Assembly: GCA_038243515.1 (NCBI GenBank)
Contig: JBBSRA010000007.1
Span: 22,373-86,372, forward strand
Length of the DNA stretch: 64,000 bases
Origin: Bacillales bacterium
Lineage (GTDB): Bacteria; Bacillota; Bacilli; Bacillales_A; Planococcaceae
Direction: 5' to 3'
In this document: positions 48,355-57,906 of the stretch, one piece after another
How the letters are laid out: each line of letters opens with the position of its first letter
Numbering within the stretch: the stretch's first letter is position 1
The notes under the pieces: generated by a model
Database searches by the model: none
What the model saw: the letters and a program-made list of their open reading frames with translations, nothing else
What the model was told of the DNA's origin: nothing
Program-made: the position numbers and the translations under genes

Positions 48355-49695
48355 ATGGAATTGAGCAGGCAATTAGCAAACTATAGCTTAAATCTGCAAT
48401 ACGAGGATTTGCCTGAAGAAGTCGTGTCATTTACAAAGTTATGTATTCTCGATTATTTCGGATCAGCAATAGCTGGATCAGATAAAAAACCGGTTCAAAT
48501 AATTAGCAACTTAGTAAAAGAAATGGGTGGCTTTGAACAAGTAAAACTATTTACTGGAGGAAAATCAAGTGTATTAAATGCGACTTTAGTAAATGGATCG
48601 GCCAGTCACATAATGGAACTAGATGATATTCACAAAGGATCGATTATCCATGCAGCTACCGTTGTTATTCCAGCAGCATTAGCAGTTGCGGAATGGCGAC
48701 AATTGAGTGGGAAAGAACTGATCACCGCTGTAGTCGTAGGATACGAAGTCTGCTTTAGAATCGGCGAAGCAGTATCGCCTTCTCATTATTATTATTGGCA
48801 CAATACTGCTACGTGTGGGACATTCGGTGCCACGGCTGCTGCTGGAAAACTACTTGGTCTGACAGAAGATCAAGTAGTCGATGCTTTAGGAAATGCAGGA
48901 TCACAAGCCGCTGGACTATGGGAATTTATTGTTGACGGTGCCATGACAAAACAACTACACACGGCAAAAGCCGCAATGAACGGTACAATGGCTGCTTTAC
49001 TGGCGCAAAAAGACTTTACAGGACCGAAGAAAATTCTCGAAGGCGATCGTGGATTTTTTAATGCGATGAGTGAAGAACATGATGCTTCTAGAATAACGGA
49101 AAATCTTGGACAAGAATTTAAAATTTTGGAAAACTCTTTTAAAATTCATGCTTCTTGTCGGCATACACATCACGCCATCGATTTGCTGATCGATATTTTC
49201 AAAGAAGATCAACCTATACTAGAAGACATCGAATCGGTGGAAGTCGATTCCTATCAAGTTGCCCTTACTATCACGGATGACGTAGACCCTCAAACAGAAT
49301 ACGCAGCTAAATTCAGCCTCCAGTTCTGCTCAGCTTTAGCTTTGTTGAATGGTCGTGCAAGTCTGGAGGATTTCGGCGAAGAAAAGTTGTGGGATAAAGA
49401 CGTTCGAGCATTGATGGAGAAAGTAAATGTTCATGTGGATCCTTTAATTGATGGTAGCTATCCAAAACAATGGGGAGCAGCAGTCACTGTTTTGTTAAAG
49501 AATGGACAGAAAATTTATAAACAAACGGATTTTCCAAAAGGTGATCCTGAAAACGCGGTTACTACAGAAGAGTTGCTTGAAAAATTTATAGGAATGGCTA
49601 CATCAATGCCAAGCCAACAACGACAAGTTTTAGCAGTGAGTTTAATGGATTTAGAATCGATAGAAAATATTAGTGATCTTATGGCGACACTATAA
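48355..49695 (+). CDS. MmgE/PrpD family protein
   Basis: ELDDIH, IHAATV, WHNTATCG, KQLH, FKIHASCRHTH, AKFS and PKGDP motifs. Confidence 0.9.
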   Translation: MELSRQLANYSLNLQYEDLPEEVVSFTKLCILDYFGSAIAGSDKKPVQIISNLVKEMGGFEQVKLFTGGKSSVLNATLVNGSASHIMELDDIHKGSIIHAATVVIPAALAVAEWRQLSGKELITAVVVGYEVCFRIGEAVSPSHYYYWHNTATCGTFGATAAAGKLLGLTEDQVVDALGNAGSQAAGLWEFIVDGAMTKQLHTAKAAMNGTMAALLAQKDFTGPKKILEGDRGFFNAMSEEHDASRITENLGQEFKILENSFKIHASCRHTHHAIDLLIDIFKEDQPILEDIESVEVDSYQVALTITDDVDPQTEYAAKFSLQFCSALALLNGRASLEDFGEEKLWDKDVRALMEKVNVHVDPLIDGSYPKQWGAAVTVLLKNGQKIYKQTDFPKGDPENAVTTEELLEKFIGMATSMPSQQRQVLAVSLMDLESIENISDLMATL

Positions 49696-49759
49696 CTAGC
49701 AATAGTACGATTGACGAATGGAAAACGGAGAAAAGAATCCATGTAAAGAAGGCGTTTCT

Positions 49760-50284
49760 ATGGAACGTAATAGTGAACAATTAATAGGGGTAGTAAATTT
49801 GATCAATCAATTAAAAACCTTTAACTCATCTGAACTAAAACAAGCCACTTATTTATTATCGCTTTTGCAGGAGCCGCAAGACGATTCAATCGATAACGCT
49901 GTACCGATGCATTTTCTTGGAAGATTTTTAGGGATGAAACAACACAAAGACGGGACAACTGAAATGGCTTTAGGATTTCAGAATGAAAATACTTATGGTG
50001 TAGCACAAGGTGGGTCTATTTATACATTGGCTGATGTCGCAATTGGCTTTAGCATCTTGCAGAATTTAACAGAAGAAGAAAAAGTATTTACTTTAGAGCT
50101 GAAAGTGAATTTTATTGAAAAAGGACAAGGTTCTCGTTTGATCGCGACTCCTTGTATTTTGAGACAAGGCAGAACTACAGTAGTTTCTGAGTGCGCGATT
50201 CATGATGATTCGGGGAAATTAGTGGCCAAAGCGCTGGGTACTTTTTATATCAGTAGAACAAAGAAAAGAAAGGAAGGAGACTGA
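49760..50284 (+). CDS. PaaI/hotdog-fold acyl-CoA thioesterase with N-terminal extension
   Basis: NTYGVAQGG..TLADVA and TLELKVNF motifs. Confidence 0.85.
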   Translation: MERNSEQLIGVVNLINQLKTFNSSELKQATYLLSLLQEPQDDSIDNAVPMHFLGRFLGMKQHKDGTTEMALGFQNENTYGVAQGGSIYTLADVAIGFSILQNLTEEEKVFTLELKVNFIEKGQGSRLIATPCILRQGRTTVVSECAIHDDSGKLVAKALGTFYISRTKKRKEGD

Positions 50285-51129
50285 TGAAGGAAATCGCATA
50301 TGAAGAAATTATGGAAAAAGTAAAAACGATGTGCATAGAGTCCAACTACAATCTCGGAGAAGATGTTTACGCAGCGTTTAAGAATGCGTTGCAAACGGAA
50401 CGCTCAGAAACGGGCAAAGAAGTGCTGACGCAACTGATTGATAATGCCGATATTGCCAAAGTCGAAAGAGTACCAATGTGCCAGGATACGGGTACGGCAG
50501 TTTTTATCGTGGAAGTGGGTCAAGATTGTCACATTGTTGGTGGCAGGTTAGTAGACGCCATTAATGAAGGTGTGGAAAAAGGATATAGTGAAGGATATTT
50601 AAGAAATTCTATGATTTACAATCCGATGAATCGGACGAATACAGGAAACAACACGCCAGCCATTGTCCATATTGACTTGGTTGAAGGACAAGAACTGACG
50701 CTGCATATGACCGCTAAAGGAGGCGGTGCAGAAAACATGAGCGCACTGAAAATGCTGAAGCCTTCTGATGGTATGGAAGGAGTCAAGGATTACATTTTAT
50801 CCATTGTTAAAGAAGCGGGACCAAATGCATGTCCGCCGCTAGTAGTCGGTATCGGTATCGGAGGTAATTTCGAGCGTTGTGCTTTTTTAGCTAAAAAATC
50901 ATTGTTTCGTCCTTTAGGTGTACGCCACCAAGATCCAATAGTTGCAGAGCTTGAACTGGAATTAATGGAACAAATCAACCGCCTCGGCATCGGACCACAA
51001 GGCATGGGCGGCAGTACAACTGCACTAGACGTCAAAGTGGAACTCGAATCTTGTCATATTGCAGCTTTACCAGTAGCAGTCAATTTAAATTGTCACGCCA
51101 GTCGTCACCAAACAATTGTGCTGAAATGA
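50284..51129 (+). CDS. Class I Fe-S hydro-lyase alpha subunit (fumarase/tartrate dehydratase family)
   Basis: PMCQDTG, GYLRNS, KGGGAEN, ACPP, GPQGMGG and CHASRH motifs. Confidence 0.92.
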   Translation: MKEIAYEEIMEKVKTMCIESNYNLGEDVYAAFKNALQTERSETGKEVLTQLIDNADIAKVERVPMCQDTGTAVFIVEVGQDCHIVGGRLVDAINEGVEKGYSEGYLRNSMIYNPMNRTNTGNNTPAIVHIDLVEGQELTLHMTAKGGGAENMSALKMLKPSDGMEGVKDYILSIVKEAGPNACPPLVVGIGIGGNFERCAFLAKKSLFRPLGVRHQDPIVAELELELMEQINRLGIGPQGMGGSTTALDVKVELESCHIAALPVAVNLNCHASRHQTIVLK

Positions 51130-51138
51130 GGTTATTAT

Positions 51139-51687
51139 ATGCAAAAGAAAATCCAATTGCCTTTACGTACTGAAGATATCGAATTGCTGAAAGCAGGAGA
51201 TCGCGTACTGCTGTCTGGTACTGTATACACAGGCCGAGATGCAGCCCATAAGCGAATGGTAGAACAAGAAAAAGAAGGGATATCACTTCCTATTGAACTG
51301 GAAGATCAGGTTTTGTATTATACGGGTCCAACTCCAGCCAAACCTGGAGAAGTTATCGGTTCTGCGGGTCCTACGACGAGCGGAAGGATGGACTTGTATA
51401 CACCAGCTCTTCTTGAAAGGGGCTTGAAGGGCATGATTGGCAAAGGCTATCGAAGTGAAGAGGTCATTGCTTCTATGCTGAAACATAAAGCTGTTTATTT
51501 TGGTGCTGTCGGTGGTGCTGCTGCATTGATTGCGCGTTCAATTAAAAAAGCTGAAGTGATTGCCTATGAAGATTTAGGAACAGAAGCCATTCGGAAATTG
51601 AGTATTGAAGATTTTCCAGTGTTTGTTATCAATGATATTCATGGTGGAGATATCTACAAAGATGAAATCGCAAAATATAAGCAATAA
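51139..51687 (+). CDS. Class I Fe-S hydro-lyase beta subunit
   Basis: TGRDAAHKR, YYTGP, GPTTSGRM, IGKG and YEDLGTEA motifs. Confidence 0.92.
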   Translation: MQKKIQLPLRTEDIELLKAGDRVLLSGTVYTGRDAAHKRMVEQEKEGISLPIELEDQVLYYTGPTPAKPGEVIGSAGPTTSGRMDLYTPALLERGLKGMIGKGYRSEEVIASMLKHKAVYFGAVGGAAALIARSIKKAEVIAYEDLGTEAIRKLSIEDFPVFVINDIHGGDIYKDEIAKYKQ

Positions 51688-51724
51688 TCAATGAACAGTG
51701 AGGTACCCAAAAGGAGGTAGCAAT

Positions 51725-52624
51725 ATGAAAGCAGGAATTATCGGATTAGGCAATATGGGCGGTCGTATGGTGAAAAGACTACTTGACCAAGGAGTAAAAG
51801 TTGGAGTTTTTGATCTGAACAAAGACTTAGTCCGAAAATTTGTAGAGATGGGCGCAGAAGAAGCGAAAAGCCCTGCAGATTTAGCAAAGAAATTTTCATA
51901 TGTTCTGACAGTCTTGCCGAATGTTTTCATTGTTAAAGAAACGCTGATGGGTACAGAAGGCTTAATGGAAGGCATGAATTCCGATAGCTTGTTGATTGAA
52001 ATGACGACATCGATTCCTTCTGTCACAAAAGAACTCAATGCTTTATTGAAAGAGAAAGATCTAAAGATGATCGATGCACCAGTTAGTGGAGGCGTCAAAA
52101 AAGCAGAAAACGGCACTTTGTCCATCATGGTCGGAGGCGAGAGAGTCGATTTTGATAGAGCAAGACCGCTACTAGAATGCATGGGAGCCCATATTTTTCA
52201 TGTCGGAGAAGCGGGAGCAGGTCATACGATTAAGGCATTGAATAACATGATTTCCGCTACAACTTTGGCGGCTACAGGAGAAGCGATGGCACTCGGCGTT
52301 AAACTAGGTCTTGATCCTGAAAAAATGCTTGATGTCATTAATGCAAGTACCGGCAGAAGTTTTTCCAGTGATTTTAAGTTTCCCAATCAAGTTCTGACAC
52401 GAAGATTTGAAGTCGGTTTTACTTTGGATTTGATGGTCAAAGATTTAAAAATTGCAATGATGATGGCAGAAGAAGAAAAGGTGCCTATGTTTATTTCCAG
52501 TGCGTCTTTTCAGCTGTGGAAGCATGCTTGGTCTCAAGGAGGCGGCGATCAGGATCATACGGCTATTATAAAGTATATCGAGGAAATGTTTTCTATAGAA
52601 ATTAAAGGATCCGAATTGTTCTAG
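51725..52624 (+). CDS. Beta-hydroxyacid dehydrogenase (3-hydroxyisobutyrate/tartronate semialdehyde reductase family)
   Basis: GLGNMG, DAPVSGG, GTLSIMVGG, KALNN (catalytic Lys) and KDL motifs. Confidence 0.9.
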   Translation: MKAGIIGLGNMGGRMVKRLLDQGVKVGVFDLNKDLVRKFVEMGAEEAKSPADLAKKFSYVLTVLPNVFIVKETLMGTEGLMEGMNSDSLLIEMTTSIPSVTKELNALLKEKDLKMIDAPVSGGVKKAENGTLSIMVGGERVDFDRARPLLECMGAHIFHVGEAGAGHTIKALNNMISATTLAATGEAMALGVKLGLDPEKMLDVINASTGRSFSSDFKFPNQVLTRRFEVGFTLDLMVKDLKIAMMMAEEEKVPMFISSASFQLWKHAWSQGGGDQDHTAIIKYIEEMFSIEIKGSELF

Positions 52625-52675
52625 TGTTCAAAGATAGCCTTTAATGAAAAACATAAAATATTCGAGGGGTGCTAT

Positions 52676-53341
52676 ATGGAAAATTTCAAATTAACAGAAC
52701 AAGATAGAGCCACTTTGCAGTATAAAGTAACAAATAAATTGAGAGAACTAATACTCAAAGGTGAGTTCAAAATGGGAGAACGCTTGATGCAAGAAGAGTG
52801 GGCTCAGAAATTAGGAGTTAGTCGAATGCCACTTAGAGAAGCATTGCGTCAACTAGAGGTTGAGGGCTTAGTTAAGATTGAACCTAGAAGAGGTGCAGTA
52901 GTTACTCCAATTTCCACTGAGGATATTGAGGAAATCTACCAATTGAGAGCTCTTCTGGAAGGACAGGCAGTTGTGAAGTCTCTTCCATATTTGGGGAATG
53001 AGGAAATACTAGAACTTGAAAATCTATATAACGCAATGATCAAGCTAAAAGCTGATGAAAACGATGTTGAGATTTTCATGAAACTAAATGCCGAATTTCA
53101 TCGAATTTTAAGAGAAAGTTGTCCATGGAGAAGAATTCAAGGATTCATCGAAACTTTATGGAAAGGGATTCCTCCTTACACACCGAGTCTCCTATCAAAT
53201 CACTTAGCAGATTCACATGAAGAGCATCGCTTAATGTTGGAATATGTAAAACAAAAAGACGAAGTTCAATTAAAAAGGATTACAGAAAAGCATATACTAA
53301 GAACCAAAGAAAACTTGATTGAGATGATGAACAAAGAATAA
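52676..53341 (+). CDS. GntR family regulator, FadR subfamily (FCD domain)
   Basis: LGVSRMPLREAL HTH, EIYQLR..LE, FH and EH motifs. Confidence 0.92.
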   Translation: MENFKLTEQDRATLQYKVTNKLRELILKGEFKMGERLMQEEWAQKLGVSRMPLREALRQLEVEGLVKIEPRRGAVVTPISTEDIEEIYQLRALLEGQAVVKSLPYLGNEEILELENLYNAMIKLKADENDVEIFMKLNAEFHRILRESCPWRRIQGFIETLWKGIPPYTPSLLSNHLADSHEEHRLMLEYVKQKDEVQLKRITEKHILRTKENLIEMMNKE

Positions 53342-53388
53342 CATTTTTAATTCACAGGAAGTTTGACAATCAGAGAGGGGCAAATGGT

Positions 53389-54447
53389 ATGAAACAAATA
53401 GAGTTGGCGGTAATTGCAGGAGATGGCATTGGAAAAGAAGTCGTTCCTGAAGCATTGCGTGTTCTGGATGTGGTAGCAGAAATTCATGGCGGTTTGAAAT
53501 TCAATTCGACCCATCATGACTGGAGCTCAGAGTACTATGTCCAACATGGAGAAATGATGCCCAAAGACGGCTTAAATCAATTGATACAAAGTGATGCGGT
53601 GTTCCTGGGAGCTGTTGGAGATCCGTCATTAGTTGCCGACCATATTTCACTAGGTGGCTTATTGCTGAAAATCCGTAGAGAATTTGAGCAAGTTATCAAT
53701 ATTCGTCCAGCCAAACAGTTGAAAGGAATCGTATCTCCTCTAGGAAATCCGCAGAATTTCGACATCATGATTGTCCGCGAGAACAGCGAAGGTGAATATA
53801 GCAGTGTCGGAGGAAGAGTACACAGTGGAGAAGATGAAATCGTCATTCAAAATGCAGTTTTTACAAAAAAAGGTGTTTCACGTGTTATTAAATATGCTTT
53901 TGAGTTGGCTCAAAAACGGAGTGGTCATGTAACAAGTGCCACTAAATCAAATGGAATTGTCCATTCCATGCCTTTTTGGGACGAAGTCTTTAAAGAAGTC
54001 GCAATGAATTATGGAGACGTTCAAACTAATAGCGAACATATTGATGCGCTTTCTGCTTTTTTCATTACAAAGCCGCAGACCATGGATGTCGTAGTAGCTA
54101 GCAATTTATTTGGAGATATTTTGAGTGATATTGGAGCCGCCATAATGGGCAGCATAGGGATAGCGCCTGCTGGAAACATTAATCTAAACGGCAAATATCC
54201 ATCTATGTTTGAACCTGTACATGGTTCAGCACCGGATATTTTTGGAAAAGGAATTGCTAATCCAATTGGTCAGATTTGGACAGCTAAAATGATGCTTGAT
54301 CATTTAGGAGAGCATGAAATGGGTATATTATTGCTAAATGCCATTGAAGAATCTATGCAATCTGGTATCAAAACTGCAGATATTGGAGGTAACTCTTCAA
54401 CAAGTGAAGTAACCGATGAAATTATTGCTAAGCTTCGAAAAAAGTAA
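53389..54447 (+). CDS. Tartrate / D-malate dehydrogenase (decarboxylating), beta-decarboxylating dehydrogenase family
   Basis: GDGIGKEV, ATKSNG, HIDAL, SNLFGDILSD and EPVHGSAPDI motifs; TtuC/DmlA/YcsA-type. Confidence 0.88.
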   Translation: MKQIELAVIAGDGIGKEVVPEALRVLDVVAEIHGGLKFNSTHHDWSSEYYVQHGEMMPKDGLNQLIQSDAVFLGAVGDPSLVADHISLGGLLLKIRREFEQVINIRPAKQLKGIVSPLGNPQNFDIMIVRENSEGEYSSVGGRVHSGEDEIVIQNAVFTKKGVSRVIKYAFELAQKRSGHVTSATKSNGIVHSMPFWDEVFKEVAMNYGDVQTNSEHIDALSAFFITKPQTMDVVVASNLFGDILSDIGAAIMGSIGIAPAGNINLNGKYPSMFEPVHGSAPDIFGKGIANPIGQIWTAKMMLDHLGEHEMGILLLNAIEESMQSGIKTADIGGNSSTSEVTDEIIAKLRKK

Positions 54448-54555
54448 GAATTTCTTAGCAGCTATAACGAAAACAACTATCATCATAAAAAGAACTAAAT
54501 TTTCTGAAAATACATTTACAACTGTTGAATTATTTAGTACGATACGTAGTAAGTT

Positions 54556-54573
54556 GATATTGTATCCAATATC
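54556..54573. promoter_or_regulatory. Putative GntR operator upstream of the CitE-like gene
   Basis: Near-perfect palindrome GATATTGTATCCAATATC with the same TTGTATCCAA core as the site at 43746. Confidence 0.6.
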
Positions 54574-54594
54574 CAAAGTATGGAGGATAAACCA

Positions 54595-55449
54595 ATGAAT
54601 AAACAGCGTTCTTATTTATTTGTACCTGCAACTAGTCTTTCGTTAATAAAGAAGGCAGTCTTATCTGTGGCGGATATTGTTATTGTAGACTTAGAAGATG
54701 CGGTAGCCTTATCTGAAAAGCAGGCTGCAAGAGATGTTATGAAAGAAGCTTTGAAAGTGTATAAACAGGAACACAAAATCATTGTCCGCATCAATTCTTT
54801 GGAAACTTCTCTTTGGGAAGCGGATTTGGAAACAGCCATTAATAATGGAGCTGCAGGAATTATGCTTCCAAAAGCAGAAGATGAGCAAGGAATTCAAAGA
54901 GTATCTAATAAGATACGTGAAATTAGAGAGAGCAAAGATGAAGCGTTTGAATTGATCCCATTAATAGAAAGTGCTAAGGGCGTACAGTTCGCGTACGCAA
55001 TTGCCTCCGCAGATTCTTTAGTTTCGGCGTTGGCTTTCGGATCCATTGACTTTTCACTGGATATTGACTGCGAGCTAACTCCAGAAGGAATGGAATTGCT
55101 GTTTGCTCGCTCGCAGTTGGTTATTGCTTCGAAGGCGGCGGGTATTCGACCTCCAATTGATGCGGTTTATCCGAATTTAACAGATGAAGAAGGATTGAAA
55201 AATCAAACAGTTTTTGCAAATCAACTCGGCTTTAAGGCGAAACTGGTTATTCATCCGAAACAATTAGAAGTTGTCCATCGAGTGTTTTCGCCTTCAGATG
55301 AAGAAATCACAATGGCTAAAAAAATTATTGAGGCATTTGAACAAGCTGAAAAAGAAGGTATTGCTTCGATTAAAGTTGAAGGGCAATTTGTTGACTATCC
55401 TATCTATAAAAAAGCTAAAAAACTTTACAGTAGAAATAGTGAAAAGTAG
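54595..55449 (+). CDS. CitE/HpcH-family acyl-CoA lyase (citryl/citramalyl-CoA lyase-like)
   Basis: RSYLFVP, VDLEDAV, VRIN, MLPK, LIESAKG, FGSIDF and LVIHPKQ motifs. Confidence 0.9.
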   Translation: MNKQRSYLFVPATSLSLIKKAVLSVADIVIVDLEDAVALSEKQAARDVMKEALKVYKQEHKIIVRINSLETSLWEADLETAINNGAAGIMLPKAEDEQGIQRVSNKIREIRESKDEAFELIPLIESAKGVQFAYAIASADSLVSALAFGSIDFSLDIDCELTPEGMELLFARSQLVIASKAAGIRPPIDAVYPNLTDEEGLKNQTVFANQLGFKAKLVIHPKQLEVVHRVFSPSDEEITMAKKIIEAFEQAEKEGIASIKVEGQFVDYPIYKKAKKLYSRNSEK

Positions 55450-55695
55450 TGTTGAAAAGCAGTTTAACCACTGTTATGTAGATAACTTCTGACAGACGAA
55501 ACCAACAACTTATGCTGTACTAAAATACATAAAACCATATTGCAAGAAGACGCTGCAACGATGATTATAAAATTAGTAATTTGAGATGCTAGTAAAATTT
55601 TCTTGAAGTTCTGAATGACAATCTTAAGTAACTATTATTTTGTACGGTTACATTGAACGAATTGTAACGAAGTGCGAATAAAAGGAGGGATAACA

Positions 55696-56388
55696 ATGGC
55701 CGATAAAATGGAATTCAATCAGGAAATTGCGACAGAGTACGACAAAGGAGTAAGGCGGACGTTGCCGACATATGATCCGATGTTACGCTTGTCACAAACA
55801 TTTCTTCACTACGCGCTTAAAGAGCAAGCCGAAGTACTTGTAGTCGGTTGCGGTGGAGGAAATGAATTAAAAGCTTTTGGAGTACCAAATCCGGGATGGT
55901 ATTTTACAGCAGTAGATCCTGCAAAAGCCATGCTTGAAGCGGCTAAAGTAAAAGCAGAACAAGTAGGGATTGAAAAGCGTATCGAGTGGATAAACGGTAC
56001 TGTAATGGATGTACCAATGGAAAAGCACTTTGATGGTGCAACTTGTATTCTGGTTTTGCATTTTATCCCTGAAATAGAAGAAAAAAAGGCGTTACTAATG
56101 AAAATAAGAAGTCATCTAAATTCAGGAGCTCCTTTCGTGTTGGTTAGTAAATTTGGAGATCCAGATGATTCAGAGTTTAAAGAGCTCGTAGCTTTGTGGA
56201 AGAATTATTGGTTGGATATGACCAACTTATCTGCTCAAAAAGTAGAAGAGTTAATGAAAGGCACTTTAACGGATTCATCGATTTCTGAAGCTGACATTCG
56301 GCAACTGCTAACAGACGCTGGATTTCATCGAATTGCCAACTTCTTAAAAACTAATCAGTTTGGGGGCTGGATTTGTTACGCAGATTAA
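55696..56388 (+). CDS. Class I SAM-dependent methyltransferase
   Basis: VLVVGCGGG, AVDP..AML and FDGATCILVLHF motifs. AAAGGAGG SD. Confidence 0.88.
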   Translation: MADKMEFNQEIATEYDKGVRRTLPTYDPMLRLSQTFLHYALKEQAEVLVVGCGGGNELKAFGVPNPGWYFTAVDPAKAMLEAAKVKAEQVGIEKRIEWINGTVMDVPMEKHFDGATCILVLHFIPEIEEKKALLMKIRSHLNSGAPFVLVSKFGDPDDSEFKELVALWKNYWLDMTNLSAQKVEELMKGTLTDSSISEADIRQLLTDAGFHRIANFLKTNQFGGWICYAD

Positions 56389-56456
56389 AAAGATCAAAAT
56401 CAATTCTGTATGTTTTCAAAAAAGAATAGTGGCTGCGAAAAGGGAGGGACAGAAAC

Positions 56457-57878
56457 GTGAAAAGCAATTCAGCGGAAAATGGGAGAACGCTCCTATTCAT
56501 CGGAATAGCTATTTTAGGTTTTCTTGCTGTTTATTTTTTATTGCCAAATGACTTTTCTTACGCGGCTAAAGTAATGACCAGTATTATTACTCTTGGTATT
56601 ATTTTATGGTCATTAGAAACGATACCTATTGGTTTGACCGCATTGATTATCTTATTGTTGATGTTGTTATTCGACGTCGCAGATACATCAGTTATCTTTA
56701 GTGGGTTTGCTTCACCAGCCACTTATTTAATCGTTGGTGGAATGATGCTTGCGACGGCAGTTAACGAAACTGCTTTAATTAAACGAATGAGCTATACGAT
56801 TTTAAAAAGGTGGGGTGGTCGCTCAGCGGGATTGCTTGGTAGCATTATTATTATCCAGCAGATCCAAGCCTTTTTTATTCCTTCGACTGCAGTGCGGACT
56901 GCATTAATTTTACCAGTTTCAACAATGATTATTGATACAACTCAGGCAGAACCTGGAGGCAACTTAAGGAAAATGATTATGCTGGGTGTCGCTTTTGGCG
57001 GTGTCATCAGTGGGACTTCTGTTATGACAGCGGCAATCGGTAATATTTTGACAGTGGAGTTGCTCAATCGTTTAGCAGGTATTAACATTACATATTTTCA
57101 GTGGTTTTACTATACGTTTCCTATTTGGTTACTATTAATCCCGGCTATATGGTTTATGCTACTGAAAGTCTTTCCTTTACCAGAAGAGCAGAAATATTTT
57201 CCAGCAATCAAAGATGAAATGACAAGGAAGTTAGAAGAATTAGGTCCAGTTAACGCACAAGAAATCCGCTGTTTAGCAATTTTGTTAACCATTGTTATTT
57301 TATGGTTGACTGAGCCTCTTCATGGTTTGCATCCTAGCATTCCTGCTCTTGCAGGCGTAGTGTTGATGACTTTTCCTATTATTGGTGTTGCTTCGTGGGA
57401 GCCTGTAGTTCGGATCAACTACAATACGGTATTACTGGTCAGTATTACGTTGTCAATGGGCTATACGTTTGTGGATTCCGGCGCTTCGACGACAATTAGT
57501 CAGTATTTAAGTGTTGATTGGTTTATGCAACTTATACAAAATCCGTTTCCTTCAATAGTGATTGTTATCATTTTGGCTCAGATTTTTCATAAAATGATTT
57601 CAAATGTTGCGACTGCAGTTGTCGTGCTAGTGCCGATTGTTATAAGCGTTGCTCAAAATGCCGGAGTTGATCCATTGGTTATGGCGTTTACTACTGGATT
57701 GACTTGTCTTTTCGGATTTATCTTAATTGTTGAGTCCATGCCAAACTTGATTGCTCATAGCACAGGAATAGTTTCACAAAAAGATTTTTTAAAGCCTGGT
57801 TTATACGCAACTGTAATTTCGGTGAGTGCTACGATTTTTGTTGCGGCCACTTGGTGGAATTGGATTGGATTGATTTAA
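56457..57878 (+). CDS. DASS/SLC13 di-/tricarboxylate permease
   Basis: FSGFASP, FIPSTAVR, TAAIGN, MISNVATA and SMPNLIA motifs. GTG start after GGGAGG. Confidence 0.88.
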   Translation: MKSNSAENGRTLLFIGIAILGFLAVYFLLPNDFSYAAKVMTSIITLGIILWSLETIPIGLTALIILLLMLLFDVADTSVIFSGFASPATYLIVGGMMLATAVNETALIKRMSYTILKRWGGRSAGLLGSIIIIQQIQAFFIPSTAVRTALILPVSTMIIDTTQAEPGGNLRKMIMLGVAFGGVISGTSVMTAAIGNILTVELLNRLAGINITYFQWFYYTFPIWLLLIPAIWFMLLKVFPLPEEQKYFPAIKDEMTRKLEELGPVNAQEIRCLAILLTIVILWLTEPLHGLHPSIPALAGVVLMTFPIIGVASWEPVVRINYNTVLLVSITLSMGYTFVDSGASTTISQYLSVDWFMQLIQNPFPSIVIVIILAQIFHKMISNVATAVVVLVPIVISVAQNAGVDPLVMAFTTGLTCLFGFILIVESMPNLIAHSTGIVSQKDFLKPGLYATVISVSATIFVAATWWNWIGLI

Positions 57879-57906
57879 CAAACTAATTTTAGAGGAGGAA
57901 AATGAT

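Noticed and set aside
50284-51687. Annotating the hydro-lyase as the housekeeping TCA fumarase or specifically as ttdAB
   Set aside because: The motifs do not separate fumarase, mesaconase and tartrate dehydratase, and the context argues for a specialised role. No gene symbol was assigned.
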